NCBI RefSeq assembly: GCF_006345805.1
Contig: NC_043014.1
Span: 47,988,001-48,052,000, forward strand
From: Octopus sinensis
Lineage: Eukaryota
DNA: 64,000 bases
Direction of reading: 5' to 3'
Shown here: positions 15,290 to 29,242 of the stretch, one piece after another
Position numbering within the stretch: position 1 is the first letter of the stretch
Layout of the letters: every line of letters starts with the position of its first letter
Program-made: the position numbers and the translations under genes
The notes under the pieces: model-generated
What the model saw: the letters and a program-made list of their open reading frames with translations, nothing else
The model's database searches: none
What the model was told of the DNA's origin: nothing

Positions 15290-15682
15290 CTCGACCTTTA
15301 TTCTCTAGAAAAACGCCGCCGCCGTGGTATCTCATTCTTGCTCACAACATCATAAGCGGAAAGTGTAACCTCTCGAAAGAGCTGTTCTTCACTCCTGCTC
15401 CAGAGCGTCAGCTGCAGGGTCATTCCGAAAAGCTCTACCTGCGATGATTTCATCTCAATCGAAGGAGAGGAGCTTTCTCCGTCCGGGTTGCAGATCCGTG
15501 GAACAAGCTGCCAGACGAGATGGTGAAGATGCCGACGACCGCTTTGTTCAAAGTCTCCCTTGACCTCAAGTGGCCTGAACTCTTTACATGAACACCACCC
15601 TGTACTTAACTCCATGTCCCCCTACATGGCCTTGCTTTTTGCTTTTGAGCCAAAAAATTAACTAACTAACTAACTTAACTAA
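15290..15682 (+). mobile_element. CR1-clade LINE 3' end, (AACT)n tail
   Basis: GHSEKLY...FSVRVADPWNKLPDEMV...FKVSLD; second copy at 57830-58090. Confidence 0.85.
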
Positions 15683-17504
15683 CTAGTGATATGAAATAAA
15701 TCACATTTGTTCATGAAAACATTCATAACATCGATTTGATTTCTCTTTTCCTCGATTAAAATTTTTGCTACTCACTCTATGAGGATTATAATAAACCTAT
15801 TTGATACACATGCCTTGGATTGACAAAGTGCTTTAGTAACCCTTGAACATTCACATTATTCTGTCAAACACGATGGGCGACTGCTGGTCTTCCATAAACA
15901 ACCTTGCCCGGACTTGTGCCTGGGAGTGTAACTTTCTAGGTGCAATCCCATGGTCAGTCATGACCGAAGGGGGTCTCAGCAATACTTATTTATTCACATT
16001 ATTTCGAATTAATCATGTATTATCTGATAACTTTGATATTTTGATGAGGTAAGTGTTAATATTTGAAATGATATTGTAGGGTTGGTGTGAGAGGCCACAT
16101 CTGGCCAGTTTGAACATAAAACGGATAGAATATTTTGGCCACAAGCAGGCAAATTGGCAGAAACATTTGTACTCTGGGCAAAATGCTTAGTGGTATTTCG
16201 TCTGTCTTTACGTTCTGATTTCAAATTCCACCGAGGTTGACTTTGCTTTTCATCCTTTTGGGGTCAATTAAATGAGTACCAGTTATGCACTGGGATCGAT
16301 ATAATAGACTTAATCCATTTGTCTGTCCTTGTTTGTCCTCTCAGTGTTTAGCCCCTTGTGGGTAGTAAAGAAATAGGTATTTCGTCTATCTTTATGTTCC
16401 GAGTTCAAATTCTGCCGAGGTCAACTTTGCCTTTCATCCTTTCGGTGTCAATAAATTAAGTACCAGTTGCATACTAGGGTCAATCTTATCGACTGCCCCA
16501 CCCCTCCCTAAAAATTTCAGGCCTTGTGCCTAGAGTAGAAAAGAATATTTTGGCCAGATATAGCCAATTTAAATGCTAAAGGGCTAATAATTGACTGAAG
16601 TATAACCAATTTTTCCATCTGCTATTCAAACACTTTGCTAACCAGGTTCCTGCATGAAGTGCTTCTGAGGGGAATGTCTGGATTTTACTTAACCCTTCAC
16701 TTACATCAATAGACACAAGTTTCTCATTATACAAGCAGCAAACTACAACGACCAAAATGTATTCTAGTTGAAATAAGTGTTTAGTAATGGAAGGCAAGGT
16801 TTATGATACCAGAGGAATATCATCCCTTTCCATCATTCTTCTTGTTCTTCATGTAGTTCAAGCTTTCGGTAGGCGAAGAGAAAAGACTTCAAGTACATCT
16901 GCTATTTACAACTGGTTTATTTACAGGAAAGGTGAAGTGTGCTGCTCTCATCTACCATCTTAAGCTCCGAATAGTGTGGGCACATTGCCTCTGGAGATAG
17001 ACAGACAGAAAACCTCTGCCAGTGGTGGTGTTCAGCCAGTGCTGCTGTGTTATGGCACCAAAGAGAAAAGACAGGACTGAATCGGTTTTCCATCTACATC
17101 GTTTCCATCGCGAGCTACGTTGTGATCTCATGCATGGCAAAATGGGTGCAGGTGGGGTCTTGCTCCAGTCTGGAAGATGGCAATGACTGCCACGAGATCT
17201 CATCCAATATGGCACTGGCTGTTTGTGCCGCTACAAGTGAAACAGAGATTAAAAAAACATGGTACCTTTTGACAATTCACCTTATGGGACACATCTGGAC
17301 CTATGATGCACCACAACTTTTTACACAGCATCTCACCCACGAGGCACTGGGGAATGATGTGTCAAAACAATCGTAGTGAATAATAAAGAGTCTCATGAAT
17401 TCTATTTTCTTTCTCTCATTTTTTTTTTCTCTCTAGTTTCAGCTCAGAGCTGCAGCCATGCTGAAGCACCACCATTGTTATATTTATATATTTGTATCTA
17501 TATA

Positions 17505-17712
17505 CAATTGCAGCATGGAAGGTGTTTATATGCCATTTAAGAAACACACAAAAACCGTTAGATTCACTTCAACATTTAAATTTAATTTGCCAAAATATTT
17601 TCATCTTTGTGTGTTTCTTAAATGGCTTATAAACACCTTCCACGCTGCAATTGTTTTCGTTCCAGCACACGATCTCAGATCAGTCACTTGCTATGCAAGT
17701 ACATCTCTGTAA
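17505..17712. mobile_element. Fold-back element, family A (truncated; ribozyme part lost)
   Basis: caattgcagcatggaaggtgttt...aaacaccttccacgctgcaattg inverted arms plus the shared tail. Confidence 0.75.
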
Positions 17713-18404
17713 TATATTTCTATATTCATATATAAATATAAATATTATATTTATCATCATCATCATCATCATCATTTAACATCCGCTTTCCATGCTAGCA
17801 TGGGTTGGACGATTTGACTGAGGTCTGGTGAACCAAACTCCAATCTGATCTGGCAGAGTTTCTACAGCTGGATGCCCTTCCTAATGCCGACCACTCTGAG
17901 AGTGTAGTGGGTGCTTTTATGTGCCACTGGCCGAGAACCAGTTTGGTGGAACTGGTAACGGCCACGCCCAAATGGTTTTTTTTATGTGCCACCTGCACAG
18001 GAGCCAGTCCAACGGCACTGGCAACAACCTCGTTCGAATATTTCACATGCCACCAGCACAAGTGCTAGTAAGGCAACGCGATATATTTATATATATATAT
18101 ACTTATCACACATACATGTGCATCCTTTTTGACCCAGAAGTATTTGTCTCGGAACAAAAGCAATTTCCTGGTATTCATTGTTATGTTGGTATCATTCCTG
18201 CTGGTCTGTCCCACATAATGTTTTCACTTAAACTGAAGGACAAATCACTTAACACGTGTGTGCCTTGTATATGTAATGTTGTGTTGTCTGATAAGGAGGC
18301 ACAGCCATTGACTGAGGAACCAGAGGATATAATGAGGCTGGAAAGAAGTGAGATAAAAATGCTCAGGAAGATTTGGAGATTTTCATAATATCAGTGTACA
18401 AGAT

Positions 18405-18709
18405 TTACAGAGATCTACTTGCATAGCAAGTGATTTGATCTGAGATCAAGTGCTGAAACGAAAACAATTGCAGCGTGGAAGGTGTTTGTAAGCCATTTAA
18501 GAAACACGCAAAAGCCGTTCGATTCACTTCAACATTTAAGTTTAATTTGTCAAAATATTTTCGTCGCTATAAGACCACGACCTGTTCACTGACAAAAATC
18601 TGTGCTGCATCAAATATTTTGACAAATTAAACTTAAATGTTGAAGTGAATCGAACGGCTTTTGTGTGTTTCTTAAATGGCTTACAAACACCTTCCACGCT
18701 GCAATTGTT
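18405..18709. mobile_element. Fold-back non-autonomous element, family A (Penelope pseudo-LTR-like)
   Basis: Inverted arms about 18463-18560 and 18612-18709, plus a unique tail at 18405-18462 shared with the other two copies. Confidence 0.75.
18546..18596 (-). ncRNA. Putative minimal type-I hammerhead ribozyme, G3-C8 core variant (family A, intact copy)
   Basis: Minus strand: UUUGUCA GUGAACA G GUCGU ggucuuaua GCGAC GAA AAUAUU U UGACAAA = 7-bp stem I, swapped core, 5-bp stem II, GAAA, palindromic stem III, U17. Confidence 0.7.
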
Positions 18710-19731
18710 CAGAGTACAAGAGCAATGGAGTAAAGGTAAGATGAGAAAGAAAGACACAGATGTAGTGCGGATAGACAGAAGACTGCATTGGTACTGAAAT
18801 ATTTTGGTGTGGAGAGATGGTGAAAAGTGAACTGATATCTGATGATGTAACAGAAGGGTCCTATGTTCATATGGAAGAAAGCTAAGAAAGGCATAAAAGG
18901 CATGGCAGCGTGTTTAGAAGTCTAGTTTCCAAGTACATTGTCTCAGGTTCAGTTCCACTGCATGGCACTTTGGGCAAGTGTTTTCTACTACAGCAATCCA
19001 ACAAGTGAAACAAGTAAAAAATAAAGGTACTCAATACATATATTAGAGTATATTCATTTATTCTTAGCTTATGTTTCTCTCTTGCATTACTATGAGTTTT
19101 ACAGTTTTATTCTCATTTTTTGTTTCACTATGAAAAACAGTAAACCAAAACGGTGTTGTGCTGGAGAGTAGCTCTGCTTTGAATAAATAAATAAATAAAT
19201 AAATAAATATGTAGTGGTGGTGTTTTTGTTTTGTTTTGTTTTGTATTCCCCTGTTATGTCTTGTAATTCCCAGACAGTATTTCAGAATATAATTTTTGAT
19301 GTTGTGCACATTGCTGGATTCAGCGGTGCTACTTGGTGTTGAAACTATAAGGATTTTAAATATAGCAGCTGATGATGGGATGCCTATATGGAACCAAATT
19401 AAATTATTGTTACTGTGATGTTTATCTGTTAGTTTATATCATTCTCTTTCAAGTTCATTCTTTCATGTATTTTGTGTTTTTCAACATGTTGATGTTATCC
19501 CCAATTGTAATCCTAGTTGTTTAGCATTCTACCATTTTCTGACATGATGCTAGGGATTCAATATGCTTCTGTTGTCCTTTGTTTTATGTTAAGGTTTATA
19601 AAGGTGTTATATGCAATTAAATATATATTTAGGATCTAGTTTGTCCATCAGAAATTTTCTGGTTTACAGGATTTAATTGAGATATTAGCTAATAATTACC
19701 TTATAGTGAATTTGTGACATACATATGCATG

Positions 19732-19781
<50 letters not shown>

Positions 19782-20026
19782 TACACACATGCTTATGTAT
19801 TTTTCTATATGAACATACTCTGAAGTCACTGTCAACACTTCTTGTTAATGAATAATAAATTTGTTTTGAGTAATCCTTCAGTTTAATGTAAAACTGTTAT
19901 TATTATAACATAAAACAAACATTAAGATAAATATATATATCATTATATATATATATATGTATAGCTATATACATACATATATATATATATATAGCATGGA
20001 AAACAGACGCTAAACGATGATGATGA

Positions 20027-20107
<81 letters not shown>

Positions 20108-20119
20108 ATATGTACATAA

Positions 20120-20151
<32 letters not shown>

Positions 20152-20159
20152 GTACATAA

Positions 20160-20210
<51 letters not shown>

Positions 20211-21559
20211 TGTACATACATATATACATACATACATACATACATATATATATACATACAAACATCTATATATATATATACATACAAACATCTATCTATC
20301 TATATATATATATATATATATATATACATGCATATAGACATACATATATAGATATACATATATACATGCATACATATATATGTGTGCATATGTATATATA
20401 TATATATATACACACACACATATGTATGTGTGTGTATGTGTAAATTTGGTTATGTGGCAGAAACTTGGAATGTGAGAATTGAGGAATGGAGAGTCTAAAT
20501 GAATAAACAAACAGAAGCTCCTCAGTGATGAAGTTATGAATGAATTAATAAAGTCTGAGGTGATAAGCCTCCGGGGTGTTAATTGCTTATCTCATCGCAC
20601 AATGCATCTACACATCCTACATAATGTACAGCTCTGTGTGATGGAAGGTGGTGGGGGTGTGACTAATGATTGCCATGGATGTGTTAGTGAGAGGTGGGGG
20701 GGGGTTGGTGAGGGAATCGGTGGGGTGTGGTGGGGGAGGTGGGACTTTTTTAATTGAACCTGAACAAAAAATCCACTTTCAGTGAAGTTTGGTAAGAAAT
20801 GTTTTTTTTATCTAAATATTACGTATGTGTCTTTTGGGGGTGCAGTAGTGACCATCCTGCTGCTGCTGGTTCACCCCCCCCCAATCACTACCCACCACTA
20901 ACAAACCTTTGACATCTCGACTCACTAGGAACCAACAAGAATTTGGAAGAATATGGTGGGAAATCACTTGCAGTGTGTGTATGCATGTGTGTGTGTGTAT
21001 GTGTTCCATCCAAGCGGGATCACTGCCAGAGCAGCTGTCTGTCTTCTGTGCTGGTGGCACATAAAAAGCACCATTTGAGCATGATCGTTACCAGCGCCAC
21101 CTTACTGGCACATGAACAAAACATTCAAGCGAGGTTGTTGCCAGTGCCGCTGGACTGACTCCTGTGGCAGGTGTCATGTAAAAAACACCATGTCGAGCGT
21201 GGCCGTTGCCAGTACCACCAGACTGACCCTCGTGCCGGTGGCACATAAAAGCACCCACTACACTCTTGGAGTGGTTGGTGTTAGGAAGGGTATCCAGCTG
21301 CAGAAACTCTGCCAGATCAGATTGGGGCCTGGTGCAGCCATCTGGTTCGCCAGTCCTCAGTCAATATTGTCCAACCCATGCTAGCATGGAAAGCGGACGT
21401 TAAAGGATGATGATGATGATGATGTTGATGATGATGATATATGTATATAATAATAATAATAATAATAAAGGTGACTAGATGCAATTTAAAATCAAAAAGG
21501 AAAATATTCACGATCGCAAAAAATGACCAAGGATGCAGAGAGCACCAGTATTGCTCAAA

Positions 21560-22380
21560 ATAAGAGTCCCTCATGAACAACCTGATCCACTATGCAGGTG
21601 ACTTGGCCATATCTTACTCCACCAGATATTTGAAGCATCTTGGTTGTGATTTATGTCTTCATATCCTTAATTTCCCTGTCTTCATATCCTTAATTGCTTT
21701 ATCTATCAAGTTTCTGTCAATTTGGATAACTGGCCCCTACATTAGGTAGACCTCCTTCTTCTATGTATTCTCCATATTTAGCAATCTTTCATAGTGGCAC
21801 TTCTAAGGCTCTTTCTTTGCAGAATCACTCAGTGCAAGTGAACCATCATCCATGCAAACACACTTCTCCCCTTCAATATCATGATTTTCGCTGATATACT
21901 GTCCTGCAATCCAAAATATCTCAAGCCACTGGTCCTCACACCACAGAACTTTGGTAAATTTCTTTCTTTTTGCTTCTCCTCAAGCTAAATATACCTGTCT
22001 CTTAGCTTCCCTTCTAGCTACCCGATATGGTTCTCTGCTACTGCCACTCTTCCAGTCCTTCCAGGCCTGTTTCTTCACTCTAATAGCCCTGTCCAGTACA
22101 ATGTTCCACCACCATGTCACTCTAGGTCTGGTTAGTACTTTGCACAAACCACATATTTAATCAGTGGTCCTCATTAAATTGTCCTCTATATTATAAAACC
22201 TCTGTCTTTGCCTCCTTTTTATCAAAGACTCCAATTAAAACATCTTTAAATCTCTGACTATTTAGAGGATCCTTAAGTTTCCAAATCTTCCTTTACCAGA
22301 CTGGTTTGCTTATTGGAATCCTTTTTGCAAAATGTTTAAAGTCACTAACAACTAACCTTTGTTGATGAACAAACTCTTAA
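21560..22380 (-). mobile_element. Decayed RTE LINE ORF fragment (endonuclease-RT linker)
   Basis: RPRVTWWWN...AIRVKKQAWKDWK...YRVARREAKRQV motif, with stops. Confidence 0.7.
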
Positions 22381-22991
22381 CCTGGGACTCTGTTGTTCTG
22401 TTCTACTCTGTGATGCTGGCCTTGTACTAGTTCTTTTTCCAGATACCTATTGATTAGAGTAAAAAATCTATGAAGCCTCATTAATAATTATATGCAGATA
22501 CTCAAACACAAATAAATCACGTTGCAGGTACGTGTGTATATATGTATGCCTGTGTGTGTATGCACTTATGTATATGTATGTGTACACATATATGTATATA
22601 TATTTCTAAATATGGATGTGCACAAGTATTCTCATATAGGATAAATGACAAATTAATTTATCTATGGGCAACGTAATTCCTTGCAAAAATCCAAGGCGAA
22701 TACAAGGGAGATAACAAGATATTCTGATAAGTTACCTTCCATGATCTGTGTATTTATTTGAAAATCTCGTTCAGTCTCATGGAACTCACGTATTCCCATC
22801 TAAAATGGAGATGAGTACCAACACTTCCATATGACACAGTTCAACAATAGTGAAGATCTCTTCACATGAAACCATTGCTAGCTTTGTTAAGCCACAAATA
22901 AAGAATATTTACCCACCAATGCTGTGTTGAGTGGTCATTCTCAGTGTTTGGAATTAGTGTATACATCCCCCCACCCACACACACACATTAA

Positions 22992-23383
22992 TCTATATGT
23001 ATAAAGCTGAAGTTGTCTGTGTATGGCAGGTTTGGTAGCCTTCAACTAGCACTATCTCCTCCGAGACCCTGCAGCGCAAGTTGACCAAAATTGAGAGTAT
23101 GATAGAAGAAAGCTTGCTCTTCTTTCCGTAAAAGATAAAATTCAAATTGGACCATGTTAAGGCCAAAAATTATTTATAGCAAAAAAGTGCTTTTTTTCTA
23201 TGAAAATCCCTATATTTTACGATTTTTTTTATTGCTGTGTCGCCATTTTTCGGTGTATTTCAACCAGAAAAAATGTCCACTTAAAGAGAATAACAAGCTA
23301 TATAATACAAAATTTTTACTTTTCAAAAATTCCAATTAAAAAGGGTCGAAACAAACCCAAGCAATGCCGGGCGATACTGCTAG
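22992..23383 (+). mobile_element. Non-autonomous Helitron
   Basis: A|TC 5' end, 3' GC-rich hairpin ccaagcaatgccggg then CTAG|T; no TSD. Confidence 0.82.
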
Positions 23384-23711
23384 TATATAAATATATATGT
23401 CAGCAGCACATGCCAAAATTTAACAGCCTCCCTCCCCCCAACTCTCACAGAACACTAATAAAAATATATTTCAATCAGTTCATTTCGAGGATGACCAAAG
23501 GCACAAACCCTGATGAAGTGCACTGACAATAGTGCAAGGTTGCGTTTACAAGAGTGAGTAGTCGCTGCAGCGGAAACACGTGTAGGTCACTACAATATGC
23601 TGTACATAACTATAAAATAAATTTTGTGGATGTACAAGTCTCCATACTCTTTATTATTAATATTATATATGTATACAGACACACACACACACACACACAT
23701 ACATACATGTA

Positions 23712-23745
<34 letters not shown>

Positions 23746-24044
23746 CATACATACATACATTCATACATACATATATTTATCCACTGAGATTCAGTCTGTT
23801 GAGATGTTTTGGAAGAATAGCATGTAATAATCTAACAATACTTCTTTTATATATATATATGTGGCGGGCTACTTTCAGTTCCTGTCTATCATATCCATTC
23901 AAGGTTTTGGTTGGTCCAAGGCTATAGCAGAAGACACTTGCCACACAGCCACCGCTAGGTCACCCTCTCTCTCTCTCTACATATATATGTATATATAAAT
24001 AGATGTATATATATATACATATACAGAGAGAGAGAGAGAGAGAG

Positions 24045-24092
<48 letters not shown>

Positions 24093-24335
24093 GGATAGAT
24101 AGATATGCATGTATATATTTGTGAGTCTGTGTTTGTCCCTCCACCATCGCTTCAGAACTGATGTTGGTGTGTTTAAGTACCTGTAGACTTAGCGGTTCAG
24201 CAAAAGAGACCAATAGAATAGGTACTAGTCTTACAAAGAATAAGTCCTGGGGTCAATCTGTTTGACTAAACGCGGTGCTCCTCAAATGACTGAAACAAGT
24301 AAAAGAATAAAAGAATATATATACATTCTTTTATA

Positions 24336-24389
<54 letters not shown>

Positions 24390-24560
24390 CACAACAACGT
24401 GAGGACGTGGAACAAATATAGTATTATTGGACGCTCAGGAAAGAAGGAGGGTTTAACGTTTTGAGCGGAGCTCTTCGTCAGAAACATAGGAGAAGGAAAG
24501 ATCCAGAGAAGGGAAGACAGAGGAAAAAAATCGCCAACGGTACACACATGGTCACATTTT
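24390..24560 (-). mobile_element. Short element, family C, with hammerhead motif at 24451-24485
   Basis: GUUU CUGACGA A GAGC ucc GCUC AAA ACGU U AAAC (G12 changed to A); homologous to 55130-55340; directly follows a (TA)n tract. Confidence 0.65.
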
Positions 24561-24775
24561 GAAAGGAGAGATGGCTAGAGTGGCGAGTTTTTTTAAAAAA
24601 TAAATGAGAAAGTTTTTTTGCGGGTTGCAAGCATTGGTGGGGAAAAAAAGCAAGAAAACAGCAAAGATATACACTTATGCATGTATCTATGCATACATGC
24701 ATGTATATGTATACAAGTATGCATATATATATATATATATACACTTATGTATCTATGCATACATGCATGTATGTA

Positions 24776-25155
24776 TGGCTGTGTGGTAAGTAGCTTGCTA
24801 ACCAACCACATGGTTCCGGGTTCAGTCCCACTGCATGGCATCTTGGGCAAGTGTCTTCTGCTATAGCCCCAGGCCAACCAATGCCTTGTGAGTGGATTTG
24901 GTAGACGGAAACTGAAAGAAGCCCATCGTATATATGTATATATATGTGTGTATGTCTGTGTGTGTGTTTGTCCCCCTAGCATTGCTTGACAACCGATGCT
25001 GGTGTATTTGCGTCCCCGTCACTTAGCGGTTTGGCAAAAAGAGACCGATAGAATAAGTACTGGGCTTACAAAGAATAAGTCCCAGGGTCGATTTGCTCGA
25101 CTAAAGGTGGTGTTCCAGCATGGCCGCAGTCAAATGACTGAAACAAGTAAAAGAG
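24776..25155 (+). mobile_element. SINE family 1
   Basis: Colinear with 2137-2535. Confidence 0.9.
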
Positions 25156-25379
25156 TATATATACACTTATGTATCTATGCATACATGCATGTATGTATGT
25201 ATGTATATGTATACAAGTATGCATATGTGCATGAGAGATATAAATTGTCTCCCTTTATTTTACAATTAATTCTTTTCAAGAATATATTTTGAAAGAAAAT
25301 ACAACCTAAATGGAATTTGTGTTTTGCTGATTGCTAATCAGTGCTGAGGTGTAGAGGTGCTGATGAAGCATGCTAGCAT

Positions 25380-26180
25380 GGTGCGGTGATGCAGTGTAGT
25401 GATGTAATTATGGTGTAGTGGTGAAAGAGTGGTGTGACAGTGGGGTGTGGCGCAGCAGATGGTGTTGGGTGGAGCGGTAGTATGGTCATGTTGTAGTGTT
25501 GGGTCGTGTGGCTGTGTAACGTATTTTTGTGGTGAAGGGTGGTGTGGGTTGGTCTACTGTGATGTGATGTGGCGGTTTGGTGCAGTGGTATTGTATAGCG
25601 TATAAGTGTTGTGGTGGTAGAAGTAGTAGTGGTGGCAGAGGTAGCAGAGGTTGTGGTAGTGGCAGCGGCAATGGTAGTGATGATGGTGGTGGTGGCGGCA
25701 GAGGTTGCAGTGGTAGTGGTGGTGGTGATGGTTGTAGTGATGGTGATGGTGATGGTGGTGGTGGTGATGGCAGAGGTTGTGGTGGCAGTGGTGGTGATGG
25801 TTGTAGCGGTGGTGATGGTTGTAGTGGTGGTGATGGTTGTAGTGGTGGTGATGGTTGTAGTGGTGGTGCTGATAGTAGTATTGGTGGTGGTGGTGGTGGT
25901 GGTAGCAGTGGCAGAGGTTGCGGTGGGAGTGGTGGTGGCACGACAATGGTAGAGATGATGGTATTGGTAGCAGTAGTGGTGGTGGTGCTGGTGTTAGTGT
26001 TGGTAGCAGTAGTGGTGGTGGTGCTGGTGTTAGTGTTGGTAGCAGTAGTGGTGGTGGTGCTGGTGTTAGTGTTGGTAGCAGTAGTGGTGGTGGTGCTGGT
26101 GTTAGTGGTGGTAGCAGTGGTGGTGGTGGTTGTAGGGTGGCATCAGTGGTAATGGTGATGGTAGTGGTGGTGGTGGTGAT
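25380..26180. repeat. (GGT)/(AGT)-derived low-complexity tract with 18-bp and 36-bp higher-order units
   Basis: ggtggtgatggttgtagt and ggtagcagtagtggtggtggtgctggtgttagtgtt repeats. Confidence 0.85.
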
Positions 26181-26859
26181 TGACACAGAACACTTATGAT
26201 GTAATTATCAACATAAACTGTAACATTATTAACACCATTTGACAGCACGGTATGATGACCACCACCACCACAACCACAACCACTACTATTATTACTACTA
26301 CTACTACTATCTATTGTATGTGCAGATGGAATGAGAGGTTAGAGGGTAACCAAATGACAACAGGGTGCAGGGTCATCTCAGAGGTTCCTGTTAACCCTGT
26401 GGAACTGGGGAAACAGGAAGTGTATCTGTGTGTGTGTGTGCACGTGAGTGTGTACACCCACATGTCATGGGTTGAGTGTGGCCTCCCACATGCAAGACCT
26501 CACCCACCACCCGCCGCCCGTGGGACTGTAAGGGTTAACAGGAAGTCAGTTCTGATCATAAGGCCCATATCACTATCACCACATCTGCCGCCACCACCAC
26601 CACCACCACCACCCAGGGACCACTTGTCACTGTTCAGTTGACTGTGGCCCCCACCTTAGAACAGTCCTACAGACTCTACAGGATTGTCTCCAACATTCAC
26701 TGTTGACATACCATCCTACAGCTGTGTACACTCTACAGGATGTTCCACACACACACACACACATACACACACACGTACACACACACACACACACACACAC
26801 ATACACACACACATACACACTCACTCACACACACACATACACACACACACACACTCACT

Positions 26860-26890
<31 letters not shown>

Positions 26891-27515
26891 ACACTCACTC
26901 ACACACACACACACACATACACATACACACACACTCACTCACACACACACATACACACACACATACACACGGTGGGGAGGGTGGGCCGGCATACTTTTTT
27001 TTTCCTCTGCTACGAATGTTTAGATGGTGGCGGCGGCGGAGGCGATGATGGCAGCTATGATGCTGAAGGGAAGAGAGGGTGACAGAGAGAGAGAGAGAGA
27101 GAGGAATGAAGAAAGGGTGACAGAGAGAGAGAGAGGAATGAAGAGGAAGAGAGGAATGAAGAGAGAGAGAGAGAGAGAGTAGGGAGAAATTTAGCCAAAC
27201 CTCCAAATAATTGTTGCTGATGTAATGACAGAACCTCAAGTGGTGGAGCTGACTGGGGGCTGGAGGTGGTGGTGGTGGTGGTGGTGGTGAGGGGGGGGAA
27301 GTAGTAAGAGAAGGGTGGGGGGTGGCAGTGACAGTGATGGTGGCGGTCGGAGGAGGTGGAGGAGGTGGAGGGAGTTACTGAGTGGAATCAGGTCAACTTA
27401 GATTGTTTCTTCAGTGGCATCCACACTCCTCCTCTTTATCATCAGAAGTGGCAACAGTAATTGCAGAACATACATACATACATACATAATGTGTGTGTGT
27501 GTGTATATGTATATA

Positions 27516-27617
<102 letters not shown>

Positions 27618-27629
27618 GTATGTATGTAT

Positions 27630-27681
<52 letters not shown>

Positions 27682-28908
27682 GTATGTATATTATATATAT
27701 ATATGTATGTATGTATGTATGTATGATGTATATATATATATATATATATACACATGTATATATACATATACACGCACAGATATATGTATATACACATATA
27801 TAAACATATGTATGTGTGTACATATTAATGTATGTATATATACATGTATATATATATATGCATATATACATATGTATGTATATATATACATACATGTGTG
27901 TGTGTGTATTATCATCATTATCATCCTTGTTGGATGAAAGGGTGAAAGGCAAAGTCGAGTTCAAATTCCGCCAAGTCGACTTTGCCTTTCATCCTTTGGG
28001 GGGGGGGTCGATAAATAAAATACCAGTTTCCCACTTGGGTCGATGTAATCGACTTAATCCCTTTGTCTGTTCTTGTTTGTCTCCTCTAAGTTTAGCCCCT
28101 TGTGGGCAGTAAAGAAATACATTATCATCCTTGTTTAACATCTGCTTTCCATGCTGGCATGGGTTGGACGGATTGACTGAGGGCTGCAAGCCAGAAAGCT
28201 GCACCAGATTGCAATCCGAACTGGCAATGTTTCTGCAGCTGGATAGCGTATATATGTGAATGTGTATATATGTGTATATATATATATAAAATGGGTGCAA
28301 GCATGGCTGTGTAGTAAGAAGTTTTCTTCCCAACCACATGGTCCCTGGTTCAGTCCCACTGCATATCACCCTTGCTGCCTCATGCCGGCCAAAGTTTTGT
28401 GAGTGGATTTGGTAGATGAAAACAAGAAGCCCATGTAAATATCAATGTGTGTGCCTTTAGGTGTGTGTTTGTCCCTTACCACAACTTTTGTCCTAATAAC
28501 TTGGCAGTTCAGGAAAGGGCTGTGTGGTAAGTAGCTTGCTTACTAACCACATGGTTTCGGGTTCAATTTTACACATATATATTTATATATATTTATTTAT
28601 TTATATTATATATTTATATATACATATATATTTATATATATTTATTTATTTATATATATTATTTTATATACAATATATTTATATATATATTTATTTATTT
28701 ATATATACATATTTATATATACATATTTATATACATATATATTTATATATATATTTATTTATTTATATATACATATATCTATCTATTTATATTTATATAT
28801 ATCTATATATTTATATTTTCTATATAATATATATAATATTTATATATATATATATATATCTATATATATTATATTTATATATATATATTATATATATATA
28901 TTATATTC

Positions 28909-28949
<41 letters not shown>

Positions 28950-28996
28950 ATATATATTGAATGACCTGTCAGGGTCATTCCTTAATACTATTGTTG

Positions 28997-29116
<120 letters not shown>

Positions 29117-29200
29117 GTTATATTATCATATTTCAGGATGGTCATCAGAAATCTTGCAAAACAAATTCACCACACTCACACACACACACACACAACACAC

Positions 29201-29242
<42 letters not shown>

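Noticed and set aside
25486-26199. Gly/Cys-rich (GGDGCS)n, poly-Pro and poly-His ORFs resembling a structural protein
   Set aside because: All frames are open because of trinucleotide-based low complexity; no signal peptide or convincing splice sites.
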